Translations under genes and position numbers: made by a program | Source: Tubulanus polymorphus | Taxonomy: Eukaryota > Animalia > Nemertea | Direction: 5' to 3' | DNA: 64,000 bases | Assembly: GCF_964204645.1 (NCBI RefSeq) | Contig: NC_134029.1 | Coordinates: 14,162,850-14,226,849, forward strand | The notes under the pieces: model-generated | Told to the model about the DNA's origin: nothing | Database searches by the model: none | Seen by the model: the letters and a program-made list of their open reading frames with translations, nothing else | Shown here: piece after piece, positions 48,051 to 60,861 of the stretch | Position numbering within the stretch: position 1 is the first letter of the stretch | Layout of the letters: each line of letters begins with the position of its first letter

Positions 48051-48874
48051 TCACGTCATTTTATTTACGGGATGTTTCAGGCCAGTTAGGCTCCTGTTCT
48101 TTCGGATCGGACTCTTTAGCGTAGAATGTGTATGTTTGCATTATCAGGATCACAAAGGGGTGTATCCATGTACATAGTTTGAGCTCAAATTCGCAAGTAT
48201 TAATTTTGCAAAATTCTGGGGGGGGGGGGTGGCCTGAGCTGGACGGACTCACTGTGGCCAACCGGTCTTCCCTGTGCTACAGTGCTCCATTCCATGCTTG
48301 GGTAAGTGCTTTTTTTTTTCCCTCTTACCTTGCGTTTGAGCGGTACCATAGGAAAGGGTACAGTACTCGATGGAAATATTACAATTTTTGGAACTAAAAT
48401 TTGTATTTCCGAGTAGTACTTACCCTTTCCTATGGTGGGAATCCCACCCACCTGCCCCGCATAGCTGCATTTTTGGGTCTGCTATGACGTAAAAAGATGG
48501 TGGATTTCGCCGGTGGCTAAATGCAATACCGCAGGGCCGGGTTGTATAGAAAAACCATTGGCAATCAATCCAAATTTAGAAAATATTGGCAAAAACCATA
48601 AGGGTTTGTAAAATTGTAATTTCAGATAGAGAAATAAATAGTCATTAGATGTGGCGTAGATTTCAGGTTCTAGCAGATAATGTGTGGCACAGATGGCGAA
48701 AAGAGTATCTTCCAGCCCTCACTTTGAGGGGTAAGTGGCTTGAAGAAAATGTAAACGCTTAAATTGGCGATTTGGTATTGTTGATTTAGGATAATTCCCC
48801 TAGGGGCCAATGGCCACTAGGACGAATTAACGATGCCATACCAAGTAAAGATGGAAGAATCAGCAAAGTTAGAG

Positions 48875-50650
48875 TTAAAACAGGAGGGGGCGAGTATTTG
48901 CATGTTGTGAAAATATCTCTCTACCTCGTATGCAAAAAGAACCAATTTCAGACATTAGAGACTCAGGCCCATTAGAGGACTTGAGACCCAAATCTTGTGC
49001 TAGACCAACTTCAATAAAACTAACATCAGAAGTAGAGTTAAGCAAAGCATGTGCTACGCAGATGCATCCGTTCCTTCCCAACACCGTGACGGGTAGTACC
49101 TGGAAATTAACAGATGAATCATTTAACTCGTGCCCAGTATTTTGATTTAGAACATTGGTAGAACATTCGCTTTCCACTGAATTTTCTGTGTAACTGAGTA
49201 CTAATTGTTCGATAAAACAGGAGTAATCCCCGAATTTACGTTTGATCCAAACTTAGGAGTAAATCCCGGATTATGCAAAGTAGTGTGATGCTTCTTAATG
49301 CAGCATCCTTTGATTTTACTCTAGAATCGCAAAATGCAATTCTGTGAAATGGACTTGAGCAATTAAAGCACAAACTCTTTGACTTTACTACAGTATAACG
49401 ACCGTTAATTGGCCCACTCAAATATTCTCTGTTCTTTGATAAATGATGATTCTGATTACCTATACATAATGGACATGGTGCACGATTAGCCTGATCATCT
49501 TGACTAACTTGAGAATTCTGCGAAATTCTATGACTACTACCAACTGAGGACGAATTTGGATTACGTTTCTTAGCATGCGGAATGGTGAAAGGTCCAAATT
49601 CCGCATCAACACAGTGTTTAAGAAAATTTTGCAAGTCATATAAAGTTGGTTCTCTCGTGCGTGAAATCTTTCTAATAAAATCATTCCACTTGGAATGTTT
49701 ATCAAAGGATATACGACTAGATGCTATCTGCAAGACATCACTACTTCCTAATTCATGAAAGAATTGCATTTGAGTCAAAGCAGTAATACAATCTCTCACG
49801 CAAACATAAAAACTTCTTAAGGAAGTTATATCCTGAAGTTATAGACTGAATCTGATTCCCTTTGGTGATTTTCTGAGTGAATGCTCTAGCTATTGATTTT
49901 CCGTGACGAAAAGCAGATTTCAATCCCTGCAGGGCTTGAGCATAATTTCACCCGCTATAACCCAAACCCATAATCAAGTTCTTAGCCTCACCTTGTAAGA
50001 GATCCATTCGCTGTATGTCCTTTATCTCTGGACGCAGGTGGACGTGTATGTGCTCCACGAATAGCGGCCATAATGTTGGTGTCCCATCGAATGTTGGAAT
50101 CTCTACTTGCTGCAAATCAAGATCCGCAGATAATCTTAAGATAGTCACCTCGAGACTGGTTGTGTCAGTCAATTGTTGAGTTTCGCAACCCAATTCTAAT
50201 TCATCAATCCAAACGGCAAACCGCCATTATTAGGATTACAGCAAGGTACTTGGTATTGTGTCTTCGTACTGCTCGAATCAAGATTCACTACTTTCTGTAC
50301 AATGAGATGGCTTTAGATATCTCAATGAAAGACGTTTTTACCTGGTGGCTGCCTGTTGCAGACAACCTCACACTGGCCCCAGAATTCATTTCTGAGTTTT
50401 TCTGAACGCATGACCGAACGGGGCTTGACGCGCTTGTTGGATTGTTTGATTGTTGTGCGCTCGTTCTCCAACTGGCATTTGTATCCGCTTGAGAAAGCGC
50501 CGAAGCTTGATTTGGTCCTTTTTGAGTACGTGCTGACCCTTGCGCCGCTGGAGCCGGACCAGAAAGCTTCTTCCACGCAGTTCGCATGGTGGACTTGGTT
50601 TGGGCCTCCCGAATCTTCCTCAGTTAGGCAGAAACGGGAGCACACCAACC
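48875..50650 (-). pseudogene. BEL/Pao gag-protease remnant
   Basis: IPTFDGTPTLWPLF; Cys clusters CPLC..H and CFNCSSPFHRIAFC; protease-like VLPVTV..HALLNSTSDVSFIE. Confidence 0.8.
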
Positions 50651-50691
50651 ACACTTTGCCCATGGGCAATTTATTTAAATCTGGCTTGTCT

Positions 50692-51680
50692 AATAAACAT
50701 TGACGAATCTCTCATTCTCTGGAGAGGTAGACTTTCCTTCAAACAATTTATTCGCACAAAGTGTGCACGTTTTGGGATAAAATTCTCTATTCTTGGTGAG
50801 AATCTGGCATTACCCATTCTTTACATGTGTACTGTGGAAAACCAATCCAGCCCATCCAGAATGATGATATATTATATTAGCCCTTAAAAAAACGGAACAA
50901 TAAGTTCTTTGATTGTCAGAAAAGTTACTGGACAAAGGATATGCCTTGTTCACGGATAACTACTACACATCCGTACGGCTAGCACTCTACCTACACAGTT
51001 GACGAATTAATTGTGTGGTACCATGAGTACAAACCGTGGAATACCAAATGAGTTGGTAGTCAAGCAACTGGAGAAAGGCTCCTCAGGATTCAGGTGCTCT
51101 GATCAGATGCTCGCAGTGAAATTTCGAGCTCTAAAGGACAAATCGAATGGGAAAGAGAAAGTTGTATATATGCTCTCCTCAAGTAATTCTGATAGCATTG
51201 TGCAGATTGGTCAAAATAATAGAGGTGAAAACATTGAAAAAATACAGGCTGTCAGGGAATACAATCTCTGTATGGGCAGTGTCGACATCACTGACCAGAT
51301 GATTCATTACTATGATGCGGCGAGGAGAACAATGAAATGGTATAAGAAGATTGCGGTTGTTTATGCTTTGCATCTTGAATGCCCATCTTATTGCCAGGAA
51401 AAGAGGGTCTAAACAGGACTTTGTTCATGACGTGGTATCTGCGATGTTTTTAAACCATCCTGTTATTGACAACAACACTGCCAGTCGTTTAGTAGGCAGA
51501 CACTTTATGGAGAGAATTCCTTCAACACCGGCCAGACCGCACCCAGGAAAGAGATGCCCATTGTGTAAGGCGCGACGTGGCATATGTGGTGAATCATTCT
51601 ATCATTGCTAAACCTGTCCAAACAAACCTGGGCTACATCCAGTTGAATGTTTTTAGATTTATCACACAATCAAGAACTAT
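50692..51680 (+). pseudogene. piggyBac (PGBD4-like) transposase 3' remnant
   Basis: IDESLILWRGRLSFKQFI..FGIK, LFTDNYYTS, YN..MGSVDITDQM..KWYKK, C-terminal Cys-rich RCPLC..C.TC..LH..CF; degenerate right end GCAGTGAAAGGATTTA about 51955-51970. Confidence 0.88.
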
Positions 51681-52195
51681 GCTATTTTGTCAAAAATAAA
51701 TTTTATTGGACAGTTGAATGACATTTTATTGGTTTTTATTTTTTTGTGATTTTTTCGGAAAATGATGCTTTTTAGTATGGTTAGCCATATGTATCAAAAT
51801 CGCCACTTTGGGATACCAAATGTCAAAATTATGAAAATATAATCTCACAATTAATTTAATTCGTCTTATATGTAAAAAAGAGATCAATTATAGTTATTTA
51901 AAAAAAAGTCAAGTTTTGACAAAAACGTTCAGCACAGGGCAATAATATGCCTCAGCAGTGAAAGGATTTATTCATGCACCGTGTGTTTGCCATGAGTGAT
52001 AGATAGGATGACTGTTCATTGACTCGTGACAGAAACAGTAAACGATCAACTAAGCCAGCAGTCTTCTTTTGTCAACAAAATCCTCTATTACAGGCTTTGC
52101 TTTCCATGAATTTTGCCTCTGGATGATCTTCCTACTCATAAACATTGGAGGATATTGCCTCATCTAGTTTACTACTGGTGTATTTTTTAATTCAG

Positions 52196-52336
52196 ATTCA
52201 TGATGAAAAAGTATCCCGCCAGAAAGCACAAGATGATCTTGTAGCAGTCAGCAAGCAGTTTGATAATTTGAAGGCTGATTATGATGTTCTTTGTGTTAGT
52301 CTTGAATATGAAAAAAATTCAGCCTACAAGATCAAG
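52196..52336 (+). CDS. Host coiled-coil protein exon, phase 0-0 (IHDEKVSRQKAQDDL..YKIK)
   Basis: TTTTAATTCAG| acceptor, 47 codons, AAG|GTATGG donor. Confidence 0.8.
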
Positions 52337-52845
52337 GTATGGTTGAGTCTTTTAAGTGCTGTGAGAATATGATGATAGATTTATCTCTTACATTATTTGG
52401 ACTGATTTTTTATATTTTTACATTTTTTTTGGTATATTGGTTAAGGGTGGAAGGAGGGTGACCTCTTTGGGCCCACTTTGGACTTGAGTATCTACAGGCA
52501 ATTGAGTTTTAGTCCATTATCTGGGGACCTCCTAATACTCAACCACTTCTATACTCTGATGCTTCGATTATCAGATAAACGCCAGTGTATTTTTAGATGA
52601 TAATGCTGCAAGAATTATTCATGAAATCCCTGCAGTATTCAGTTTTTACACCTCAGCCGTAAGACACAAGGGGTATTGTCGTTAACTATGTCCGTCTGAT
52701 GTTTTTCCCGCTCTACAGGCTCAAGGTTTTGATTAATTTCTTTGTAACTCAGCATGTTTGTTTTAGATGTGAGTGGGATGAGCTCTATTGTTTGACATAT
52801 ATAGGCCATGCATGATGGCTGCCACAGTCAGTAGCAAAATAGCTA

Positions 52846-55395
52846 TTTTTAGCATTGGTTGACGTCTATGACATCATGCCCATGCTAGTAAAGTGGATCG
52901 AAAGTCATGGTCGAAAAAAAGCGCTGACTCTTCTCATTTTCATAGTTATTTCAAAATGTAACTCCGTTCACGTAAAACATTAGACACAGCTGAAAATGTA
53001 TCAAAGTAATGTTTCGATTATTCCCAACAAGCGTCACCACATTTCTGTTTTAATGGTCCAAAAAGTTATTCTATCGCATTTTTCTAATAACTCGGTGATT
53101 AAATTTACATGTTGTTTGTCCTAAATTGCAATATGTTATGTTATGTTATGTTATTTGCCACTACTCTAGTTTTTAGCATTGGTTGACGTCTATGACATCA
53201 TGCCAATGCTAGTAAAATGGATCGAAAACAGTAGTACGAAAAAATAGTGCCGACTCTTCTCATTTTCATACTAACTTCAAAATGTCACTCCGTTCACGTA
53301 AAACATTAGAAACAGCTGAAAATGACTAAAAAAATTATTCCCCACAACATAGCATCGCCAGATTTCTGATTTAATGGTCCAAAAAATTATTCGATCGCAT
53401 TTTTCGTGTTCATTATCTGGTAGATGAGAGCGGGTTAAACAATCGCGTAGCGATATGTCCGCATTTACATTGGCAGTAAAGAATGGGGAACAGCCTCTTC
53501 TGAATAGAAAAACATAAAATTATGTACCTCCGGTTTATAAATATCACTACCACCAGGTAGGCTACCACCATGATAATATATCACCAATAAAGATAGATCA
53601 TTTTATTCTATTTTACCAGAGTTGTTTATTGGAGGAAAATATCATTGTTAAGTACGCCGAGAACAACCATGTTGTATCATCAATCAGTTGACTGTAAAAT
53701 TCAATTCGGCTATATTCTAATATAAGTTTACACTTTAGGATGCCCTACCCGCCTGCTGCGCACTCATAAGGCGTAGCACCCTCTTACACACTCGGCAGAG
53801 ATTCGCTTTGTAATGTGCGCTGGGAAAAAATACCTTTTATTATCTTTTCCATGCGTTAAACAACAGTGATTGAATTTACGCGTTGTTTGTCGTAAATTGC
53901 AATATTGCGATGGTTATCTGCCGCTGCTGTAGTTTTTTGGAATTGAATCAAGCGGCCTCGGTAGCTCAGTGAGATAAGGCGTGATGCTGTTGAATCCACT
54001 ATCAATGCTGAGTGACAAGTGGGTTCGAGTCCTGCTGGCTGCGAACAGTGTGCGGGCAACACTTCAAAGGCTGTACCGTCGTGAGGTTAAATGAACAATC
54101 CAATAGGAATAGTCTTGGGAAACCAAGATCCAAACGACGTACGTAAAGCCAAACAAACAAAAAGACAAACAAACAATCATCAGCTGGCCTCAGTGACACC
54201 AACGCCGGCATCGCTCTCTGCGACGTTTTGCATGCGTACATGCATCAGAGCTGTAAGATCAGAGGGTCTTGCAATTGCATTCAGAAAAATCGTTCTGTTT
54301 TTGTTTTCATTATACAGTGGGGCCTAACAGTTCATGCGTAAAAATGGGTTTTTGTATCCAAATCTTGATTGATATATCTTGGCTGGGACATGATGGAAAA
54401 CATCAGAATAAACTAGTTTCATCTTTTTAACAGAATCGCATTAATGAGGTTTAACAGTACAAATAGCCTAGGCTAAATAAATTCATTTTCAGGAATAAAA
54501 TCGTACTAGACAAATAGACCTTTAAGTCTGTGGTCGTCCCAATCAACATCGTCATAGAAGATTTGCCGGCTGATGTAAAACATTATAACCACTTAATACC
54601 ACAGTATAATCTACCAATGCTTCAAGGCCCATTGGCCTCTTGTTTGGAATTGAATCGAGTGAGATAAGGCGTGATGCTGTTTCATCCACTATCAGTGCTG
54701 AGTGACAAGTGGGTTCGAGTCCTGCTGGCTGCTCTCATTGTGCGATAACACTTCAAAGGCTGTCCCGTCGTGAGATTAAATGTACAATCCAATATGGTTA
54801 AAAAGGTCTGAACGACGTAAAAAAATAAAAAGACAAACAATCATCAACCTGCCTCAGTGACACCAATGCCAGCATCGCTCTCTGTGCGACTTTTTGATGC
54901 GTACGTTTGTCCGGTTGATCTACCTATTATGCATCAGAGTATTTTGCATTCAGAAAAATCATTCTGTTCTTAGTTCCATTACTCAGCAATAGGGCCTTAC
55001 AGTTTATGCAAGAAAAACCACTGTCAGTCGAGATTACCCTTACAGTTGTACAATGAATACGAATTTTGTGTAGGCGAAAGTGCCGAAATTGTTGTATTAA
55101 ATGGGCCTTTGTATACAAATCTGGATTGATATGAATAAAGTATCTTGGCTTGGACATGATGGAAAACATCAGAATAAACTAGTTTCGTCTTTAACAGAAT
55201 TGCATCAATGAGGTTTAACAATACAGATAGCGTAGCTTGGCAGAAAAATGAAATTCATTCAATTCTTAAGTCTGTGGTCCTCCGTCCCAATCAACATCGT
55301 CGTACAACATTTTCCAGCAGATGTAAAGCATTCACCACTTAATACCTTACCACAGTCTAATCGAACAATGCTTCAAGGCCTATGGGCCTCTTGTT
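52846..55395 (+). mobile_element. HINE-like family D with duplicated 5' ends (52851, 53175) and duplicated 3' ends (54644, 55395)
   Basis: 5' AGCATTGG..CAATGCT hairpin; 3' CCAATGCT subTIR + AGGCC..GGCCT hairpin + CTTGTT. Confidence 0.6.
53952..54176 (+). mobile_element. tRNA-derived SINE (5'-truncated copy 54658-54842; head fragment 55797-55820)
   Basis: A box TAGCTCAGTGAG 53962-53973, B box GGTTCGAGTCC 54022-54032, (CAAA)n tail. Confidence 0.75.
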
Positions 55396-56259
55396 GATTA
55401 CTTGGAGCACAGATTCTCTGAAATTCTGCCAAAAACTTCATGCCGAAGATAGGTATGCGTTTCCATTCATAATTCGAAAAAAGACATTTTCCATCCTTAT
55501 TTTCGATCTAATTGTCTGTAAAAAGTCAGTTTTCCCCATCATTCAATTCAAGCCAATAGTTTTCACTATTTTTTATTAGTTTTGCTTATAATCTCTAATC
55601 TAGACTACCAATGTTTAATTTTGATGCTGATTAAACATACACTCATGTAAATTTAGGTCCATATTAAGAATTTAGTTTCTTGTTATCTTTTCCATGCATT
55701 GAACCACCACAACAGTGATTAAATTAACACGTTGTTTGTTGTAATATCGATGCGATGGTTATTTGCCGCTTATGTAATTATTTGAAATTGAATCGAGGGG
55801 CCTCGGTAGCTCAATGAGATAGTACTGAGCAACAAGCGTTGATTGATATTTCAAATGTTTTTATTAGATGAAATTGAATTTCAGATCAATTCAACAACAT
55901 CTAATTATACTAAAATTTCAATATTGATGACAAGTGATCCTTCTGGATTAAAGATCTAAAAGACCTAAACTTAAGCGAAGAATAATATAATGGTAATATC
56001 ACTATTTAAGCTTTTTGCAGTGAGATAATCATGCATTCTTCTTGCTCATTAACAAAAATCTCACAATTGAATACTCTTCTTAATTTATCTTAATTAAGTT
56101 GTGATCTAAAAAAAAATAATAACACAAAGCAACAACAAAAATAATAACACAACACAACAACAAAATTTGAAATATTTTCAAAGAATGAATTTTGGAACAG
56201 TAACAATGATAAAGTGCATTAAATATCTATTTGTAAACACTAATTCCATATAGGATCGA

Positions 56260-57500
56260 TGAAACCACACTTTTTAATTTCAATTGAGTCTACAAGCTCA
56301 TCATTATTTTGGATGTTCTCCCAGAATGATCGCCTATCTTCGGGCAACAATGGACACAAATTTCATATGATATCTGCGTTTTTGCTTGTCAATAAGCCAC
56401 GTGGTTGGGGTCCTAGAAGTGTGGGAATCGATAAATTTTCCAATTTTACTGTCTTTTTACATATGAAAAAGTTTCCCACTGCATATCATTGTGGTTCATT
56501 TTATACAAGAGATCGATTGACCCCCTGCATAACTTGATAACAGCAATATTCTTCAGAAATGGGCGCCCTGGTTTATTAAGTTTTGCCGCTGATTGATTCC
56601 CTGTCCAATGATGAAAATCTTCATTGGCCATTTCCACAACATCCATGTTCAAAGCATTTGAATCAGATATAACTTTGCTAAAATCACTGAAGTTATACAC
56701 ATTTCCGAAAGGAATTTTCTTTAATTGGGCCTCAACGCCTGTGTGTATGCTATTTGCAGCCATGAATGTGTGCCCAGGCTCAAAATACTTCAGTGTCCAT
56801 ATTAATACTCTTCACCCGGATCACAGACGAGTTGACAAACACAACCAGTACGGTTAAAAGACAGTAACACTTATTTTGGCTTGAACATTTGTCAAGCCAG
56901 TAAATGATGTGCTCGAATTCTTTGTCTCTCAAAAGATCTTTGTGAAATACCGACGTTTTTTCTTCAGCTGAACTGACGGATACAAATGTCTCGTGATATG
57001 CCTCAAAACGTTTTGTGAAAACTGTGATCTTGACTCCAGGCATGCGAGGTAACATAATAACCTTTTGTAAATCAACTGATAATAATGTGCTGTTATTCGG
57101 ATTCGGCATCCCTTTTATAATACAATCATCCATTCTGTGCTCTATTAATATGGACAATTTGGTTGTGGCATATTTCGCAAGTACAGTTGTCTCGAATTAC
57201 AGCCTTTCGGTGTATTTCATATGCTAGGCAAGATTCACACTGTTCCTCTCCCAATTTGGTAAATCTTATACCCATTTCAGAAACAGTATTTCTGTAGGTC
57301 GAGTAAGAACACATTTCAGTTTTATCTACGGTCTTCATGTTACGTGTTGTACCTCGGTTATCATGCACTGGTGTTAGGTTAGTGGTTGGTGTGTTCTTTA
57401 TCACTGATACTACGACCAAATCATTTTTCAATGGTGGTCAAGAAAAACGTTTTACAAACTGGGAGCGACATCCCATTTTCATCGAGGAGGGAATATTCGA
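56260..57500 (-). pseudogene. Sola1-like DDD transposase remnant
   Basis: SVDLQKVIMLP, YWLDKCSSQNK, KYFEPGHTFMAANSIH..VE across frameshifted ORFs; superfamily assigned from remembered motif pattern. Confidence 0.6.
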
Positions 57501-58232
57501 AGCTGAACTGACGTCGAGAAGTGTTAGGATTAGCTTAAGTTTTCATAGATTTGCAATTTACATATTTGTATATTAAGTTTCTTTGGCGGTTGTTATTAGG
57601 CAATCCCCAATATTCGGCCCAAATTGCTTTACGTTGTGCCTCTGATATTGTCTACGGCAGGTGATCCCACACCCAGCTTTCAAAATGTGCTTATCAGCAT
57701 CCCTTTTACGTCTACCTTCATGAGTTCTCGTTTCTTTGGATTGTTTGTATTTCTTTTTAGCCGGTTCATTTTCATTCTCATTTGCTGTTACTTCATGTTA
57801 ATTTGTAAACATTTCATATTCATTCAATTGTATTTCTTGTTCTTGTCTTTCAGTTTTCCTTTCTTTGGATTGTTGTTATTACTTTTTAGCCGGTTCATTT
57901 TCCTACCCCACCAGGAATTCTGTTCCCACCCAAATTAGACGAATAAAAAACACGTACATTCAAATACGATAGCCAAATTATGCTGTCATTGTTACACTTT
58001 TTCACTAACTTGAGCACTGTACCCAAACCCTGTACCCAACACAAACCCTGCCGCAGACCTTATTGCTGTATTTTTCCGGTCTAAGATTTCCTGGGTGGAC
58101 AGGATGCCACTATAGCCTATATCTAGTGAATCGGATGTTTAGTATTGATAGAGCGAACCTGCCAGCGAAAAACAACGCATCTGATGTGATTGGCTTAAGC
58201 TAGTGGACAAGATTAAGATTTACCCAGTATAT

Positions 58233-58298
58233 GACACACACGCACGCACGCACGCACGCACGTACGCACGCACGCACACACACACACACACACACACA
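58233..58298. repeat. (CACG)n(CA)n microsatellite
   Basis: Seen directly. Confidence 0.95.
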
Positions 58299-58676
58299 GG
58301 TTTTTATTGCTGCAAGATATAACCTTATCATGAAGTTTTTTAGCTTTATCCACTAAAGAACAAACAGTCTGACTCTAAAAGCTTAGCTTTATCCACTAAA
58401 GAACAAACAGTCTGACTCTAAAAGTTGCTTTGTAGTACAAACAAAACTATCCTGTGTTTTATTTATGTGAATATCAAGTCACCAGTTATGATGACACAGT
58501 CGGTCGTAGGCAGACATTCTAAAATGCGGTAAATTCCTCCAACAACTCTGTCATGCATTTGTGGCACAGATCTGGTCTATATATGGTTATTACGTGTTGG
58601 TTTAAGAATGCTAGTGCTAAATGTCTATATTGCAATATATTTATCTGTAATAGACATCTGCAAACTTTTTCCACAG

Positions 58677-58827
58677 GAACACAGTGATAGTGTGCTCAAA
58701 GAACATCAGAACTCACTACAAGAACTAAAGAAGCTTCAAGATGAATTAGAATCCTGTAAAACTGAACTGAATGCTAATATAGACATGATAGTAATATTGA
58801 AAAGGGATAAAGAATCTTCATACAGAG
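58677..58827 (+). CDS. Host coiled-coil protein exon, phase 0-1 (EHSDSVLKEHQNSLQELKKLQDELE..SSYR)
   Basis: TTTTTCCACAG| acceptor, AG|GTAAGT donor; the gene presumably continues beyond the window. Confidence 0.8.
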
Positions 58828-59977
58828 GTAAGTTCTTTTAGTTGTCTTAAGAGTAATTAATAAAACCCATGTTGCTAGAAGAACTGTCTGTTTCATTAGA
58901 ATGATACCAACCAGAGAGAACTGTTTAATTCATAGAATTTAGAATAGATAGCATTATTGAAGATTGCAGTATTGAGAACTCAATACACAAATGAAGATCT
59001 GTGATCTTGTAATTTATGAAACATATTGCCATATCATGACAGTACAATGCATTGAAGATATGCTTACTGTATCACTTGAAATTTGGGATTGTTGCAATGT
59101 AAGGGATCGGATCAAAATCCTAGAATTATGAGAATAATCATGTAGTCTTGTAAATTGTGTTTTATCGATGAAATTATCCTGGACGAGCTAGAAACACAGA
59201 TTATTCATGACAAAGGGTTTGGGCATACTGACGAAGTCAAGCTTTACACCATTTTCCACCCAATCCAGAACTGTCAAATTTGTTCATTTGGCAATGTTCA
59301 TACGATTGTGAGTTTCAAGGTCATTGGTGTTTGTATATGGTCACCAGGGGCATTGAATAATACAATAACCTATTATTTCCATATTATTTTGGTATCTAGG
59401 CATATTTTGTTACCGCAATCAATTGCAAAGTTGTAGCTCATAACATGTACTATAATTGTAGTTTCAAGGTATTTGCTTTTTGCATATGATCACCAGGGGG
59501 CGTTGAATAGTAGGATAACTTAGTATTAACATATAATATTGGTACTATGCATATTTTAAGCCAGTGCATGATAGGAATGAAAAGATTCTTTACTGTCAAA
59601 ACTCAACCTTCTTTCTGTCCATTCAAGTCATGTAATATATTCGCAGCCTTCACATCGCTGTGTTCTTTTCTTTCATTTAAAGTAAGACATAATTTTTCTC
59701 CAGACTTATCTCTCAGTTCCTCTACAAGTTTTTCATCAGCTCTTATTTTGCATATAAAACAAATATCCAACTTTCTTCGCTTAGCTGTCAAATCATTTTC
59801 TATACCCTCCATAATGTACTTTCATTCAGAGTTTGCAAAATCATTATCAAACTGATAATCATATCAGTTATGACAATTCAGTTACCATGGTCAATGTTTT
59901 ATTATTTAGACAGTAAACTGTTTAGTTTAAAAAACTAAGAAAAGTTAATACCTAAAATTTAAAAAACTATATGTTTT

Positions 59978-60861
59978 TAGGCCATCCGTAGGCTGAGCCT
60001 ATTACTATACAAATGGAGCGAATTTAGATGACATGGTTTCCAGAGCAAAGGCTCTTTTACTGTGCAACTGAGCATATATTCAAACAAATCATTCATTAAA
60101 GCATTATCCATTCTCCAAACTCTAAGTAGCTGAATTTTGAAAGAGGGTCTCGTTAGAATATATATGAGCTTTTTCGCGAATATCTGATCGCAAAAATATC
60201 GGTTTTGAAAAGCCAATCAGAAAGCAAAGACTCCTCTATGATTGGCTTAGCCGCAGAAATCAGCAGTTGTTCACGTGAACCCGCGGTAACGTCTACCGTT
60301 TTACTTCCGGGTTTTATTTTAAGATCTAAAATTGTATTTCAAGATCGATTTCTGTGAAAGCTTTAGTTGATTTGGTTTTGTGGGAGGAATATTTTTATCA
60401 GCACTACAGAAAATATCATTGACCATTGTGCAAAGTCCGGGAAAAATAGCTTTTTCTTAAATCGGATAGATGACTTGATATGCTAATTAGCCATGTGCTC
60501 AAACTAAAAATTCAATCAAATTTTATTCTGCAAATATCAAATCCCATTCAATTTTACTTTATTGAACAAAATAAAACATCAAATCCAATTCAATTTTGTT
60601 TCAATGAGCAAATTTCAGAAAATTCAATTCTGTTCCGCATTAAAATCAATAAGACCAAGGGAAAAGACTTATCTGAGGTATTTGTTCCTGCCAGATCCAG
60701 TCTGTGCTACTTTTGTATTCTACGATTGTATTGTGTAAATTATTAGGTATTGACTTTGAGCTGGGAGTGTATTTTGACAAATTTAACCCACAGAATGCAT
60801 CATCATTTGCCATTTTATGAAAAGCTGACAGGCTGGCCATAGTGCCCCTTGGGGCTCTTGT
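59978..60861 (+). mobile_element. Complete HINE family B element
   Basis: Starts at a T-run; 5' GGCCATCC..GCCTA, 3' GGCTGGCC subTIR, GCCCCTTGGGGC hairpin, TCTTGT end; no TSD. Confidence 0.75.

Larger units (their letters stand above)
44610..48530 (+). mobile_element. Decayed DIRS1-like tyrosine-recombinase retrotransposon, interrupted by an unknown insert (about 44925-45585) and a Penelope-like element
   Basis: Cys/His-rich gag-like start at 44723; RT 45586-46199; recombinase pieces 47590-48050; inverted repeat at 48345-48436. Outer limits approximate. Confidence 0.8.

Noticed and set aside
53952-54045. tRNA gene
   Set aside because: A and B boxes are present, but there is no convincing cloverleaf, it continues into a body and (CAAA)n tail, and it is repeated; it is a SINE head
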